Below, piece after piece: positions 11,933-22,513 of a stretch of DNA of 64,000 bases. The notes beneath the pieces are model-generated. The model was not told the DNA's origin. It did not search any database and saw nothing but the letters and a program-made list of their open reading frames with translations. Each line of letters begins with the position of its first letter. The stretch's first letter is position 1. Position numbers and translations under genes: made by a program. This DNA is from Amphiscolops sp. MND2022 (lineage: Eukaryota), in contig OZ076409.1 in NCBI GenBank assembly GCA_964187785.1, positions 88,042,001 through 88,106,000 of the forward strand. The letters are read 5' to 3'.

Positions 11933-14900
11933 TAATTGAACCACTGTATTGAACTTTTTAAACTGAAGTTTGGACTTTTCAAACTTTTTGGATTGGATTG
12001 CTTTTGGATTCATCAACTTTAAAATTTCAGTTTATTGAACGCCATTCTCTTACACAACAGTTACTTACCGACAACAGACACCCAGTTTGTCAGAGTCCCG
12101 TTGAGATTGCCCCATAATTTTCTTTCTTCGTTTCGATGGTACATGTGATAGATGCCAGCTCTCATGACCGAGCACTGGAAATCGCCAATACTGATTTGAA
12201 GAATTTTGCTACGAAAAAACCACGACTTAGCTTTGGAAATAGAAACCTCTGTAAGAACTTTGAGATTTTGCTCAGAGGGTATCTTAGCAAAAAGAAGCGA
12301 AGACTCACCAACGAGCAGCCTTTAACAACTAGTGGTTTGATAGACGAGAAAAAACGAGAAAGTAATCCCAAAGCAGGAGCGCTAGACGAAAATTATTGTA
12401 GAACAAGTGACTGCTGGACAGATTAGGAACATTTCAGATAGTTGACTTCAAGATTAGTTTCCCGAAGAATTTCTAACTTGCTAATGACTCAACCAACAGC
12501 AACCAAAAGCAAAATACAGATTCCTCACGCGAATACAACAAGCCCAAGTCAAATCTTGCATCGATCGAGGCGAGCATCCCCCGAAGCTCCGGACAATGCT
12601 ACTGCCCATACTATTACGAGCCAACTAAGCAAAAAGCGATGATTAAAAGACATAACATAAAGCAAAGCGAAATTACAAATTCGACTGGAAGATCTTGCAA
12701 AGTCGTTGATGCCGCTTATGATTGAAAACATTCATGACTCAGTGTCGACAAAAATTGAGAGAATGCTCATCGACCTTTGCGAAGCATTGAACCTAAAATT
12801 TTCACAAATTAACCTTAAACTGGGCGCGATCAACTCAAAACACCACAACCTTGACTGAGACATTCACCAATTACCCGAAACTGTCGACGAAGTGAAAACG
12901 GAACAAGATTCGCTTGAAAACAAAGTAAACTAAATCCAAACTGAAAGGGTAAACCTATATCACCAACTAGCCTCTTTGCGCAACTTTACGAAGAACTTGA
13001 AAGAGGAAAAAATGGTATTTTGAATGATGTTCGACTGCTGAATACGAAACTTGACCAACCCATACCTGACCTACTTACGAGCGAAGTCTGGAGACAGGTG
13101 GAAGAACAGCCTAGACAAAGCCGGGCAGAGATAGAGCAATCTTTCAAAAACATACTGAAGAAAAATCAGCTGCAATTACAATCGCAAATGATAGATTCAA
13201 ACACCGATACGACCTCGATCGTTGTCGATTGTCGAAAGGAAATGATGGAACAGTGTTCGAGTAGAGACTGTCTCATGATTTTGGGACTAGAAGAAGAACA
13301 AGGAAGAAAACAACAAGTAAAAAATACAACAAGGAAGGTTGTTGAAACGGCAAAGGCTATGGGCGCGAAATTGTCTGCTGACAAAATTTCAATAAGCGAT
13401 CGAGTATTTACACGTTACACGAAATAGAAACCATGAAGAACACAGAACTGTAAAAGCCAAGTTCATTAGGCGATCAGTGAACAAACACGTCTACCATTCC
13501 AAGCATTTACTGCATTATACCGAAAACCATTTCTAGAGCTAGATCTGTATACCTCATTAAAAAAAGCAAGCTATGAAGTGGCGACCGACGAATGTCGTAT
13601 CAACTATAAAAAGAACTCCGAAGTTGTGGTCATCACATCATTATCTGATCTCCAAAGTAAACTGAGTTGGCAGACGTCAGAACTGCTGAAAGCGTTCTCC
13701 AAGTAGCAATTAAAAGCACATCTACTTTTCCCGATGAAGAAGTTAATGTAGGACTGAAGATTCTTTTGTAAAAATCCATTTGATTAGTAAATTGAAACTT
13801 CAACTGATACAAGACATTGCGCACAAATATGATGTTATTGGTTTTGCCGAAACACTAACTAACTGCTTTTCGGAATGTGAGTTCGAAAATTTTGGCATTT
13901 TCACTAGTGTTGATAAAAACAAATTGAACAGTCATCACGGGTTAGCTTTGCTAGTCAAAAGTGACCTCCCACAAAAGTTCAGTGAAACAAACTTGGGACT
14001 TTGGGCAAAAATGGATATCGAAGCGTAACCTATCTTTTTGGAACTGTATATATGCCTTGTGAGAACTACAAATACTGGCGAAATGGTATGTTCGAAACTT
14101 TTTTGAAGATTTGATCCGGTTGAAAATCTGAGTATCAAAATTTTTGTATAAGGTGATTTCAACGACAGAACGGGAGAGATGTGTGACTACATTTGCTTGG
14201 ACGACGAAACACCTGCGTTACCGGTACGGAAAAATAAAGACACAAAGGTAAATAATAATGGCAGATAACTGCTGGAGTTGTGCAAAACAAACTGACATTA
14301 TCAATGTGAATGGACGCACAGGCTTTGACCGGAATACCGGCGAACACACTTGTCTCAATTATAATGGTAGAAGTGTTGTGGATTACATGATTGTCGCCGT
14401 TCAATGTTTGATCAAATCTGTGATTTCAGAGTTGAGTGTTTGTTGGGTGTGCACTTCGCTCTGCATTGTGAAATCAAACGATCTCGGAGCTCACTTCAAA
14501 TTATGTTAGCGATGTGAAACTCATTGTGAAAAACAAAGAGGAATGAAATAATCAAAGAAACATTTGGGCGAAGAACTTCTGTACTTTGGGAGAAGTGCTT
14601 CGGCTAAAACATTATCTGTCCAACAAAACCGCAAACCTAATTGTCATCATCAAGTTGATATCGAAATAAAAGACGTTATCCTTGGAGCTGCTGAGGTGGA
14701 GCGGGGGGAGCTGTTAGATTCGAAAACCCTAAGGGAAGTCGCAATGTTTGGTTTGACCCTGTATGCAAAGCAGAGGAATCGAACTACAAAAAACGTCTGC
14801 AGAAACACACAAGACGTGGGAATTGAAGAAAACTTTGAAACCATATAGAGCGATTCTTCAAAAGAAACAATTATCATACTTCAACAAATTTAGCAAAGAA

Positions 14901-17052
14901 CCACTCACACTTTGGACAAAAGAGCTTTGGGCTATGCTGAAATTTTCAATGAGACAGAAAGTGAACGTGAAAATCGAACTGAAACGAATGTTCGAACACT
15001 TGCAGAAGCTGAACATTTAACAACAGTTTTACTGTAGAGATGAAATTCAGGATATTGATGTCCCTGAAATACCTGTTATAAATGGTGTTTTCTGTTTTGA
15101 GGAGGTGCAACATGCAATAAACAAACTCTGTAACGGTAAGTATGCAGGCCAGACAATGTTTTTCCGGCGTTCATTAATAGTGCTCCTCGAGGTGTGATAA
15201 AATGTTTTACGATTTTTCAATTTGATCTTGGCATCTGGAACTGTCCCAAACGAGTGGTCTTTGTCAAAAACTTGTCAAATTTAGAAAAAAGGGTCCCCAT
15301 CAGACTCTAACAATTATAGGGGAATACCTCTGATTAACTGTATTGGGAAGCTCTCCGCTTCCATCATTACCGCAAGACTACAGGTGTATCTTGAAGCTAC
15401 CAGCAACATTGGCGCGGAGCAAGCGGTGTTCAGAAGAGGATTCGGTTGCGAGGACCCTATAGTTTTGCTATCTACAAGAGAGTCAATCCACCTACCAGTG
15501 AAAAGACTATGCTTTCGACTGAGTTGACAGAGGTTTAGTTTGGCTGAAACTTGTTACTTATCTCATCAGTGAGAAGATTTTGCGAGTTTTAAAAATTATT
15601 TATTCAAAACCACAAGCTTGCGTTAGGTTCAATGGAAAATGTTCTGATTTTTTTCTATTGCCATTTGGGTCTCAGACAAAGAGATATTTTGTTACTTTTA
15701 CGTTTACTAGGTTTTATCAATGCTTTTGAACGTTTTCTTAGAAACAAGTGTAACGATCTGACTTTACTGAAAACGTTTGTTGAAGAATATCTTGGTGCAC
15801 AACAAACTCAGACTTTTTTGAACCTCCTCGTCCTTCTTTATGCTGACAATACTATCATACTAAGTGAGAGTGAAGAAGATATGCGGAAAACACTGCAGAC
15901 TGTATCTGATTACTGTAAAACTTCGAATCTGATAATAAATTGCGATAAAGCAAAAGTCATGAGTTTTGCCCGAGGTAAAGCCCGCAATGCCGAGTGAATA
16001 AACCTAAACGGGTCTGTTATCGAATGCGTAGATGGTTTCTGTTACTTGGGTGTTGTTTTTAAGTATAACAACACCTTTCAAATAGCAATGAAGAATAATG
16101 TGGCCCAAGCAAAAAGTCTTTTTAAAATTTATATCTAAAGCAGTGGGCCATAATCTAACCGTGGTATCAAAACTGCCTCGTTAGACTCGTTGATTATACC
16201 TCTACTCATTTATGGATGCGAAGTATGTTGATACGGAATTCTGGATATGCTGGAACTTTTCCATAGGAATTTCCCCAAAAAGTTCTACAGGTTCTACAGG
16301 TCCGATGGTATATGGGGAGCTGAGTAGATTGGAAATCCGGAATCAAGTCTGTCATAGAATGATAGCATTCCGGAAAAGACGTATTTCGTCACCAATTAAG
16401 TATTGCAATCTTCTCTATAACTGCATCAAGTCATTCGGGAAGACAGACATTTGGCTTGAAGGAATACAGAAAATGCTAATAGAGTGTGGTGTACCTGCAG
16501 TTTTTGAATATCCAAACCACACTTGATGAGAATTTTCAAAGCACAAATGAGGGACGCTGAGCTTCATTCTTGGCGAACGTCTTTGAACGAGAACACTCTT
16601 TGTAAAACATACTTTTTCTACAAATCGAAATACGGCATAGAAAAATACTATTGAGAGATCTCATCATTTTGAGTCAACCTTACCGAAACGAATTGAGTGT
16701 GTTCCGATGTGCTTCTTTTGTGAAGGCGCATAGAAGACAAAAAACTCTAGGCAAAACTGAAACGCATTGTCTACTTTGTAACGAGGAAGGGCTGGCGGAC
16801 GAATATAATTTTTTTCTAGTTTGTGAGATCCTAAAGTGAGAGCGAGAAAAATTTTGGCGGAAGAATTTTATAAGTACCCAAATCTTTTGAAGCTAAATAA
16901 AATGATGAACTTGAGTTGCACCTCCAAGTTATACAATTCATCCAAGTTTTTTCAAACCTTATTTCCAACTTCGTTCGCTGTAAAATGCTAAATCTGTAAT
17001 TTGTAAGCCCGAGCAGGGCAACGAATATGATTTCAAATATTCCTTCATTCAT
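11933..17052 (+). mobile_element. Degenerate full-length non-LTR retrotransposon (LINE, RTE-X/CR1-group-like)
   Basis: ORF1 remnant (coiled coil plus CLMILGLEE...ISISDRV RRM-like). APE endonuclease remnants (DVIGFAET, SVVDYMI). RT remnants (NNYRGI, EQAVFRRG, GLRQ, LLYADN). C-terminal CLLC..DE...C and an (ATTC)n tail. Flanked by tcac(c/t)aattacg at 11921-11932 and 17053-17064. Confidence 0.85.
13760..16950 (+). pseudogene. LINE ORF2 (endonuclease-reverse transcriptase), many stops and frameshifts
   Basis: Motif-bearing ORF fragments at 13780, 14258, 15632, 16212 and 16651 lie in the colinear EN-RT-Zn order. Confidence 0.85.
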
Positions 17053-19520
17053 TCACTAATTACGGTAACGGGTTGAAATTACTGAAGTTCGGCAATGCAA
17101 CAGAAACAATTGTAAGAAAATTGAATAGAATTTGAAAATAAGAGCTCTGAATTATCCTAACGTTTTCTAATGGTATCATATTTTCCTTGCCGAGATCATG
17201 GTTACCCTTTGCACGATCCTGCATGATCATGGAAGCCTTGCTAAGATGATCATGGCAAGATCTTGGCAAGGCTTGCTAGTAACGTGCCATAGATCATGGA
17301 AAGGGTACCATGACTGGGTTTCTATCATCTGCTGCAAATTGCTGCAAACAATTGTGAAATGTTTTTTTTTGTTCGAAATATTAAAACCCTTCTTCGTTAC
17401 TCGAAGAACTTTTTTCGAAACAAAGAATCACATTCATATAAAAACCTGCACGAAGCTTAAGATTTGAGACAATAACAAAACATCTCCGTGACTTTTGTTT
17501 GCGAATTGTTGAATTTTTAGTGCTTTAGTGTATGTGCCATTTTTTTCTGGCTGGAAGGGCTTTTGACTGGAATAGAAGAAAACGCAACTTACCTTTTGAA
17601 GAGGATCGTCATGAAAGTATAAACGGATTATTGTAAAAATTGTTTCTTCTCATCAAGTGTTTGGTTGATAAAGTGAACAAACATAATTCGCTCATTAAGT
17701 GACTATGACTGGTTCAGTTTTAAACCTTTTGAACTCTGGTATGTTTTGGACTATTTTCAGAACAAAAATCATTATGGTGCTTTCAAACCACGATATAATA
17801 GTTAAAAAGTCAGTTTAATCTCCAAGTTGACTTCCTGTGGGTTTATTTTCCATAATTGAACCAACGTCGTTTGTATTCGGAACGCAACGCACAGTTTTGA
17901 GGTTCTTTAAAGAGATTTTTGATGAGTAAAAAGGAATAAAAGGGACTTTCCGCAAACAAGTCACCATTAATCAGACAATTTCGCTTTGGAAAATTGTCGG
18001 TTTTTTGCAGCTAGCGAATCTATTGTGTAAACCGCCGCTGATTGGCGTATGACAGGTTCTGTGAACTCGAGATAACTCTGTCATGGTCCGTGGAAAAGCC
18101 TAGAAATGCGTTGTAAAATGCAATAAAAAGGTAAATAAATTTCGCAATCAATTGATCAGGGAATTTCAAAAAATGGAAAACGAGTTGACAGCGGCGGTGC
18201 TGGGAACTAATTGATGGTCACGGTCGCTGATTGCCAACGCGATTGAAAAGATAAGACATTTCAGCTTGTCATCTTTTCCCTGAGAAAATATGCAATCAAG
18301 GACAATTTGCATCATGTTGACCTGTTTTAAGTTTCCCTCTTGTTTTGTCCTAATGTTTTACTTGCAAAAAGATGTTGTTTTTCAGTTATTAAAAATACAT
18401 GATTTTTTTAGCTGCTGGTCAGCTAAAATTCCAACTCCTGCAGGTGTGTAAAATTGAAATTTTTCCTGAGGTCACTTGGGGAAATTGTCGCCAGAATTTT
18501 GAGCCATTGAGGAACCGAGTCTGCGCAGCTAAAGCACTCGAATCACAGAAAGTAGTAAAAGGATGGTTCGAATTCAGATGAAATTATACTTACATATAAT
18601 CATTCACATTTTTCAAATGGCGTCATTGAAAAATGCGATATTATATCCCCTGGATTATTTGAACGGAACTCAAAATAATTTATATACAACACCATCGTTG
18701 TATACACACAACACTTTCAACAAATTGAAACGTTATTATGCTTTTGCACAGAAGACCATTTTATTTTGTTTTTGGATCGATATTTTGATCCTCCAAAGGT
18801 TTTGGACGTGGTACCTTTCACAAACAAGACGCCCGTTTTCTTGCTGGTTCTTTGTCCTTTTTGATGCTCATATACAACTTATTTCTTCAAACTAGTTGAT
18901 ATATATAACATCAAATGAATAATTTTTTATTGTTCCGTCCTGAATTGGTTTTAGCAACAACATGATTTTCAGCCTCAAATAATTCAGATATTTCATAATT
19001 AGAAGTTTGCACAGGAGCTATATGTTTTGTCGTTGAACTCTACGGCTATCCATGCCGACAAAAACATTCAGTTCTACAGAACTTGCGGACAGATCAAAAA
19101 CGAGAAAATTCTATCAATTTTTCACTTTTTTCCGCATTCTGGCTTTTTTCATACTATGAAATTTTTTGTTGAAAGTTCAAATTTCCCCGTGTTGACGTCC
19201 ATGCATTTCAATGCATGATCACGTAAATTCCATGCTTGCCATGATGATCATGCATGGTCCATGCATGGGATAGCTTTTTTCCAGAAAAAGTCTTAAAATC
19301 AAACAAAATCAAGACTTGCCAAGTTTTTGCGCTTCAAATAGTACGAAAATCACTGAAATTTCTGAAGTGAAAAGTTAGTGTAACGCGGATATCAAGCGAA
19401 ATTTTGTGTTGCGGTTGTTGTGTTGTGTGAAATTTCAGATGCGGTGTCACTATTGATAAATCAGACTTTCCGCTGGTTCAAAAGGGCATTGTTGACATAG
19501 ATTATTATCCTCTTCTATTT

Positions 19521-20246
19521 TGTAACGTCAAGCTAGCAGCTACATTCCAGAACTGGGACAATGCCCAGGTTGCCTTCACAAGAGACCAATGTCTTATAAC
19601 AACCTAAACATTAGTTTTTGGTCCCAAATGGTCTCTGCAGGGACTTTTCCAAGACGCCGAGGAGATTCCTCATATTAGAGCTCCGTGGCGACGTGCCGGC
19701 ACACTCAAAGTCCGGACACGTCCCACAAGCACGTAAAAACGGTCCTAAAGGCTTCCTGCGATCCTACATACCTCCGAGGTCCGAAAACTGGGGTTTTAGT
19801 CCATACTCATTTTATTGGGGAAACATTCTCTAAAGTACCAATCACAGGGATCTAGCAGATCCAGTATCACCACACATCCGTAAATCAATATTAACAACAT
19901 CAGAAATAATCAAAATAAACACTTCTGACATATTTCCACTGATTCTGCGGTTTTCTTCATGTTCTTCAAGCATGGGATATCTGGATTCTGGATCATTTCC
20001 TCATTTGAAACCTGCAAATACTGGGTGAGATGACACAATTCCGGGTTTTTCCGTGTCTATTCATGGTGGGGCGTCTCTTCTCTTCCTCTCCTGGGTCGGG
20101 GGCGTGTGGGTTGGGGCTTCTTGGGCGGGTTTTTCGTTCTTCTGTACGTCCTTTTCGATTTCAACGACCTGCTAGGTTGGCCATTTTGATTCGCACCTTT
20201 TCGACTTTTTGAACGAAATTTTGGTACTTTACTGGTGGACGTTACA
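19521..20246 (-). repeat. 3' LTR of the giant element
   Basis: Direct repeat of 35233-35958; preceded on the minus strand by the PPT GGGGAGGA (20247-20254). Confidence 0.96.
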
Positions 20247-20802
20247 TCCTCCCCGGGCCGTTGTTTGTCGTCCTCGGCAAACGGAGATGGGTGCCTCACT
20301 ACTTACTTAATGTTTTTAGCAACGTCATTTCAGTTTTTTCATTAAGTTACTGCTTCAAAATTTCAACTTAGCACTTCTTGATCTAGCACTTTTTTGGTTT
20401 TGAGGCGCTAAAATTCAGTTTCTCTAAAAACTCTTTTCATTCGTTCATTTCAAGCTAGTTAAAAACTTCTTTTCAGGAGGTGGTTGCACTTTTGCGACAC
20501 CAACCAGTAAAATTAAGACTAGTTTCTACTAAAATTTTATTTGCACTTTCTTCATCGGACAGTGGGTAGGCATCTAACTGGGATCAATCTACCTACCAGG
20601 TAGTTACAAGTAGTTGCTTCATTTTGATTTTAGCTTGGTTCATACTAAAATAGTACATAATTTTAGAGATGGCACTAGGGTAAGAGTTGTTTTGGTCGGT
20701 TTGATTTAGTTTGATTCATTGAGTTCCGTATTTCTTTCTATTCGTGGCCAGCTTGATTCATTGCAACATCCTGTTCTTGCAGTACTTCGTTCAATGATGC
20801 AG

Positions 20803-22314
20803 TTAACACGTCCGATTGTGGTAGATCTTGTTGGTCGAGACTGACAGTTTTACCTTTGACGGTAGTGGCTTTACGAGTGACGATTTGTCTTTGTGAAGAC
20901 CTTCTCTCACTCTCTCGAACCATGGAGGAATGCGGTCTAACAAGAGTGTTGGCTTTTCCACGGGTCTCAAGTAGTGCATTCCAATCGATGCTTTTTCTAG
21001 GTTCTTCACATCCTCTGGATTGCCTTTGCTGGTGGCGGTATCGAATTTTTGCACGTCCAAATCTGAGTCTGGATTTCCTGACTTGACTTCTCTCTGCAGA
21101 CGCGCCGCGTCTCTTGCAGTAATGTCGTACTGCCGTGCCTCTGTCTGCGACAAGAGTTCATCAGAAAATCGCACTCTTCTAGCCTCCGGCTGTTGTATGG
21201 GAGAGGGATTCGGGCTTGAGTTTGTTGCATCAGCATTGGCCAAATCTATGGCTCTTTTCTTTTGGGCCAGTTGCTCGATCTTGTTCTGCTCCTTTTTGTT
21301 TAGCACATCTCGGAGGTCGATGGGGGCCTTGGCTGTTTGTCTCTCTGCTTTCTCTTGCTCCTTTTGTTGTTCGTGCAAGTCAGGATCGGCTTGGAAACCT
21401 ATTAGGTGTTGAGGGTCCGACGACGTTGAGGGTAATAAGGCGTCATATGAGTCTAGAGACCCGATCACCTCTGTCATAATGGGTACGTCGAATGGATTTC
21501 GCATCGTTATGACTCTCGGTTTCTGGCTCATCCTTGTATTTTCGGTGGTGTTGTCGGTATTCTGTGCATTCGTGCGCGCTTCATTTGCTTCTTCTACCCC
21601 TTCCCCCCTGAAAGATGAAGGGAGCATGAGTCCAGTGTTGGTGTCCTCTAAGCGTCTAACACTGATTGAGCTTGATGGTGGTGGCGACGATAGCATTGGT
21701 GATGGCGTCGTGGGTAGAATACAGACAAATTGCTCTGTAGCTGTTGGTTGAGTTGGCAGATTGTCTATGGCACTTTCGGGAGCAGTGATTGGTGTCGCTA
21801 CGGATATTTGCGATGGATTTGGTCGCACTTGCTGTTGCTCCATGGAGGGCCAATTAGGTTCATTGTAAGGCAGACTTGATCTATGGTCATCGAAGTGATG
21901 AGTGAGGTCATGGCCCTGCCATGTTCCATTGTGGAGTTTGGCTGTGCGGCAGTATGAGCCAATTCCAATGGAGATGGACAGCGTGAAGTCCGGGTGTGTT
22001 TGCAGAGTCTGCAGTTGAGCGGTCAGCATAGCTATTCCGGTGGCTAGTGTTGGCGAGACGTCTAGTTGAGCGTTCGTCTGGGTGAGACCAAGCTGGTCGG
22101 TTCGAGTTTGGGGCTCTGCGACAGTCAGCGAGGACGAGGAAGATACTGGCCTGGGTGGACATGGAAGTCGGCTTCGGGATGATTGATCCATCAGAGAAAA
22201 TGGTAGCACCTTTAATGGAGTGTGGTTGTTTACAAACTGCAGATTATCAGTAGTAGTGCTGGTGGTGTCGCGTGCTGGCGAACAGGCAGGACTGAACTGA
22301 AAAACAACCAGCAT
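20803..22314 (-). CDS. Orphan third ORF (503 aa) of the giant element, function unknown
   Basis: Long uninterrupted sense ORF between pol and the 3' LTR. It is P/S/T-rich with a short coiled coil and has no signal peptide or TM segment. Confidence 0.6.
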   Translation of the reverse strand: MLVVFQFSPACSPARDTTSTTTDNLQFVNNHTPLKVLPFSLMDQSSRSRLPCPPRPVSSSSSLTVAEPQTRTDQLGLTQTNAQLDVSPTLATGIAMLTAQLQTLQTHPDFTLSISIGIGSYCRTAKLHNGTWQGHDLTHHFDDHRSSLPYNEPNWPSMEQQQVRPNPSQISVATPITAPESAIDNLPTQPTATEQFVCILPTTPSPMLSSPPPSSSISVRRLEDTNTGLMLPSSFRGEGVEEANEARTNAQNTDNTTENTRMSQKPRVITMRNPFDVPIMTEVIGSLDSYDALLPSTSSDPQHLIGFQADPDLHEQQKEQEKAERQTAKAPIDLRDVLNKKEQNKIEQLAQKKRAIDLANADATNSSPNPSPIQQPEARRVRFSDELLSQTEARQYDITARDAARLQREVKSGNPDSDLDVQKFDTATSKGNPEDVKNLEKASIGMHYLRPVEKPTLLLDRIPPWFERVREGLHKDKSSLVKPLPSKVKLSVSTNKIYHNRTC

Positions 22315-22513
22315 TGATTTAGGCTAAAAAGATTTTTTCACATGAACGCAAGAAGGAATGCACGGTATACAATTGACCTAGTAAAAACACTTAACAAAGA
22401 CAGATTCAGCGGTCTTCATTAAAATTAGTTTCCAACATTGGTTAAAACAAAATGTAGGTTAAAAAGGAAGGCAAATAGCCTTTCAAGTGGCTATCTTTTG
22501 ATGCCACTGCGAT

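Larger units (their letters stand above)
11513..17318. mobile_element. MITE-like non-autonomous DNA element (CCCAGT...ACTGGG) interrupted by a LINE
   Basis: Inverted termini and clusters of palindromic ATCATGG/CTTGC..GATCATGG subterminal repeats at both 11513-11640 and 17180-17318. Confidence 0.6.

Noticed and set aside
19618..20299. Small ORFs in the LTRs (repeated at 35330-35924)
   Set aside because: They are duplicated only because the LTR is duplicated, and have no recognisable domain.
20803..22314. env gene
   Set aside because: No signal peptide, TM anchor or envelope-like Cys pattern.
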